Assembly (NCBI RefSeq): GCF_001194135.2
Contig: NC_068992.1
Coordinates: 8,684,361 to 8,748,360 of the forward strand
Source of the DNA: Octopus bimaculoides
Taxonomy: Eukaryota
Direction: 5' to 3'
Length of the DNA stretch: 64,000 bases
The notes under the pieces are model-generated. The model ran no database searches. It was not told the DNA's origin and saw only the letters and a list, made by a program, of their open reading frames with translations. The translations under genes and the position numbers were made by a program. Positions 62,290 through 64,000 of the stretch are shown here, one piece after another (the stretch's first letter is position 1; every line of letters begins with the position of its first letter).

Positions 62290-63944
62290 GCTAGATCAAC
62301 TGATTAGGTTTTGCTCAATATTCTTGCCATTGCCCCGTGTCTCTTAATAACCAAATCCAGTGGCTTGCCTTCTCAACAGTAATGTTGATTTTCTTAATTT
62401 CTTTATACTTTAATTTTAAAGTATGAATTACTGAAGGCTGTTTAGAATAGACATAAGTAAAAAGAAAAAAAAAAGAAAAAAAGTGACAGGATTCATCTGT
62501 TTGTCAGTTTCCACTTGCAGTGTTCATATTGGTGTTGTCTTAATTTGGACTACTTAAGCTTATTTGAATTTTTTGCAAACAACTTGCAAGTGCTACCAGT
62601 TGAAAGTTCCACATACTGGATGCTAGCAAGTTCATGGGGTCATCAGGAGAGGATGTGCACTGTTTCAAGGCCTTTTTCTTGAGGGCATCATTGTGCACTC
62701 TCCCTCACTGAAATGTGACCTCACCTGCTAGATCAGATGGTTCTTGGGGTTTGCTCAATGTTCCAATATTCGTCAGTTTCCAGTTGTAGTATTCATACAG
62801 GTGTTGTCTTAATTCAGACTGTTGAAATTTGAGTAATCTTATGTTGGTAACATCTGCTTTTGAACAAATTGAGTGCATGCGAGTGGCTATTAACGTATGA
62901 TTATTTAATTTGTTTTGTATTTCAGTTTTTAACACTAGCATCATCTAACTGTCCAATCCCCGATTCCCTCACATCCTGATAAGAGCAGCAAAAGAATTGT
63001 GTAACATGGTACCCAACAAGTATAAATTGAAGGCATCATTTATGAGCACCTGCATGGGTCTTTCTGTCTGTCCAACTAATTCTGTTGTGATTGGGTAAAG
63101 GTGTCAGAAAAATGAGTGATTGTTTTATATGTTTACTTGCTCTTTACCCTGCTTGAACTCTTCAGAATTAGCAGCTACAATGAGGGTTTTTTTTCCTGTT
63201 CCAGCATATGCTGGAATGAATCTTCTGTAATAATAATTCAAGCCTAATATCTTATCAGTGTCCTCCTTTGATTTTGGCCCTTGTATATTCTTTGGCTTTG
63301 CTACTTGCTCATGAGCTGGAGAAATTCAATCTTTGGATATACTTATTCCCAGGAAAGTCAGATTTCATCATCATCATCATCGTTTAACGATATTATGACT
63401 GCTGCTGCTAGCAGTCATTTTGTTAACATTAAAGTTTGTTGTTACTGATGTAAGCTGTCGACTGCTTGCAAATAGTGTTTCTGATTCTATAGTGGATGTA
63501 AGAGCAGCTATTTCAGTATATTTAATTTTAGAATGATGTCATAATTACTCTAAAAATTTCAGCTTTACCTCTGCTCATGAAAAGTCAACAATAAAAATGA
63601 GTTTCATGAATTCCTCTTCTGGGTTTTCTCTCATCCTATTCAGATGCTAGAAGGAGACTTGAGAATTAATCCTAAGTAGAAAGACATTGATTTACTTACT
63701 CTTGCAGTTTGAGTCTGCCCACAATTAACAATCTCTCCTTTAGCATAATTAGCTGTTGTAATGCATTCATTATTTGCTAGTATGTACCACCCTGAAGTCA
63801 CACCAAGAAAAGAACGTCTTTTAGCTTCATCATAGTCTCGACCCCATGGTTTGAATGAAACATTGACTTTTTTGAACATCTTCAATGTTACCAACAAAAG
63901 TTTTTTGTATATATCTATACACCCAAGCTTGTTTATTTGGATCA

Positions 63945-63945
<1 letters not shown>
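62290..63945 (-). pseudogene. Degenerate Ty3/Gypsy LTR-retrotransposon pol (RT to RNase H)
   Basis: Minus-strand fragments in pol order: VSFKPWGRDY..RRSFLGVTSG (RT), TFLGISISKD*ISP...ILGLNYYYRRFIPAYA (RT C-terminus), VLINDAFNLYLLGTML (RNase H start) and NIRLLKFQQ...KLTNIGTLSK (RNase H end). Many stops and frameshifts. Confidence 0.65.

Positions 63946-63947
<2 letters not shown>

Positions 63948-64000
<53 letters not shown>
63948..64000. repeat. (CT)n microsatellite at the window end
   Basis: Direct reading. Confidence 0.95.

Noticed and set aside
63640-63945. 101-aa ORF as the last exon of a host gene
   Set aside because: No pyrimidine-rich acceptor on the minus strand; motifs fit a degenerate Gypsy RT collinear with downstream pol fragments.

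Overview
AT-rich, repeat-dense eukaryotic DNA from a draft assembly with eight N gaps; the repeats and genes point to an octopus or other coleoid cephalopod (inference). Three complete intron-containing genes were rebuilt exon by exon with GT-AG sites and a continuous frame: COX5A (minus, 4 coding exons, 157 aa), JTB (plus, 5 coding exons, 154 aa, head-to-head with COX5A) and PDIA3/ERp57 (plus, 13 exons, 499 aa). The rest is mostly mobile DNA: three tRNA-headed SINE families, an RTE-tail repeat family, four Tc1/mariner relics, CR1, RTE and Gypsy relics, a CCHC ORF1-only retroelement relic, hAT- and piggyBac-like MITEs, and a 4 x 157-bp tandem array. Best leads: a UPRE plus ERSE-like module and a perfect DR4 upstream of PDIA3; two ~90-bp Merlin-like mini-elements with TTAGGG-like loops near both promoters; the 157-bp array; the ORF1-only element; uORFs on JTB; and inverted SINE pairs bracketing exons. 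I found no convincing wholly new protein-coding system. Gene exon coordinates are exact; repeat boundaries are approximate.
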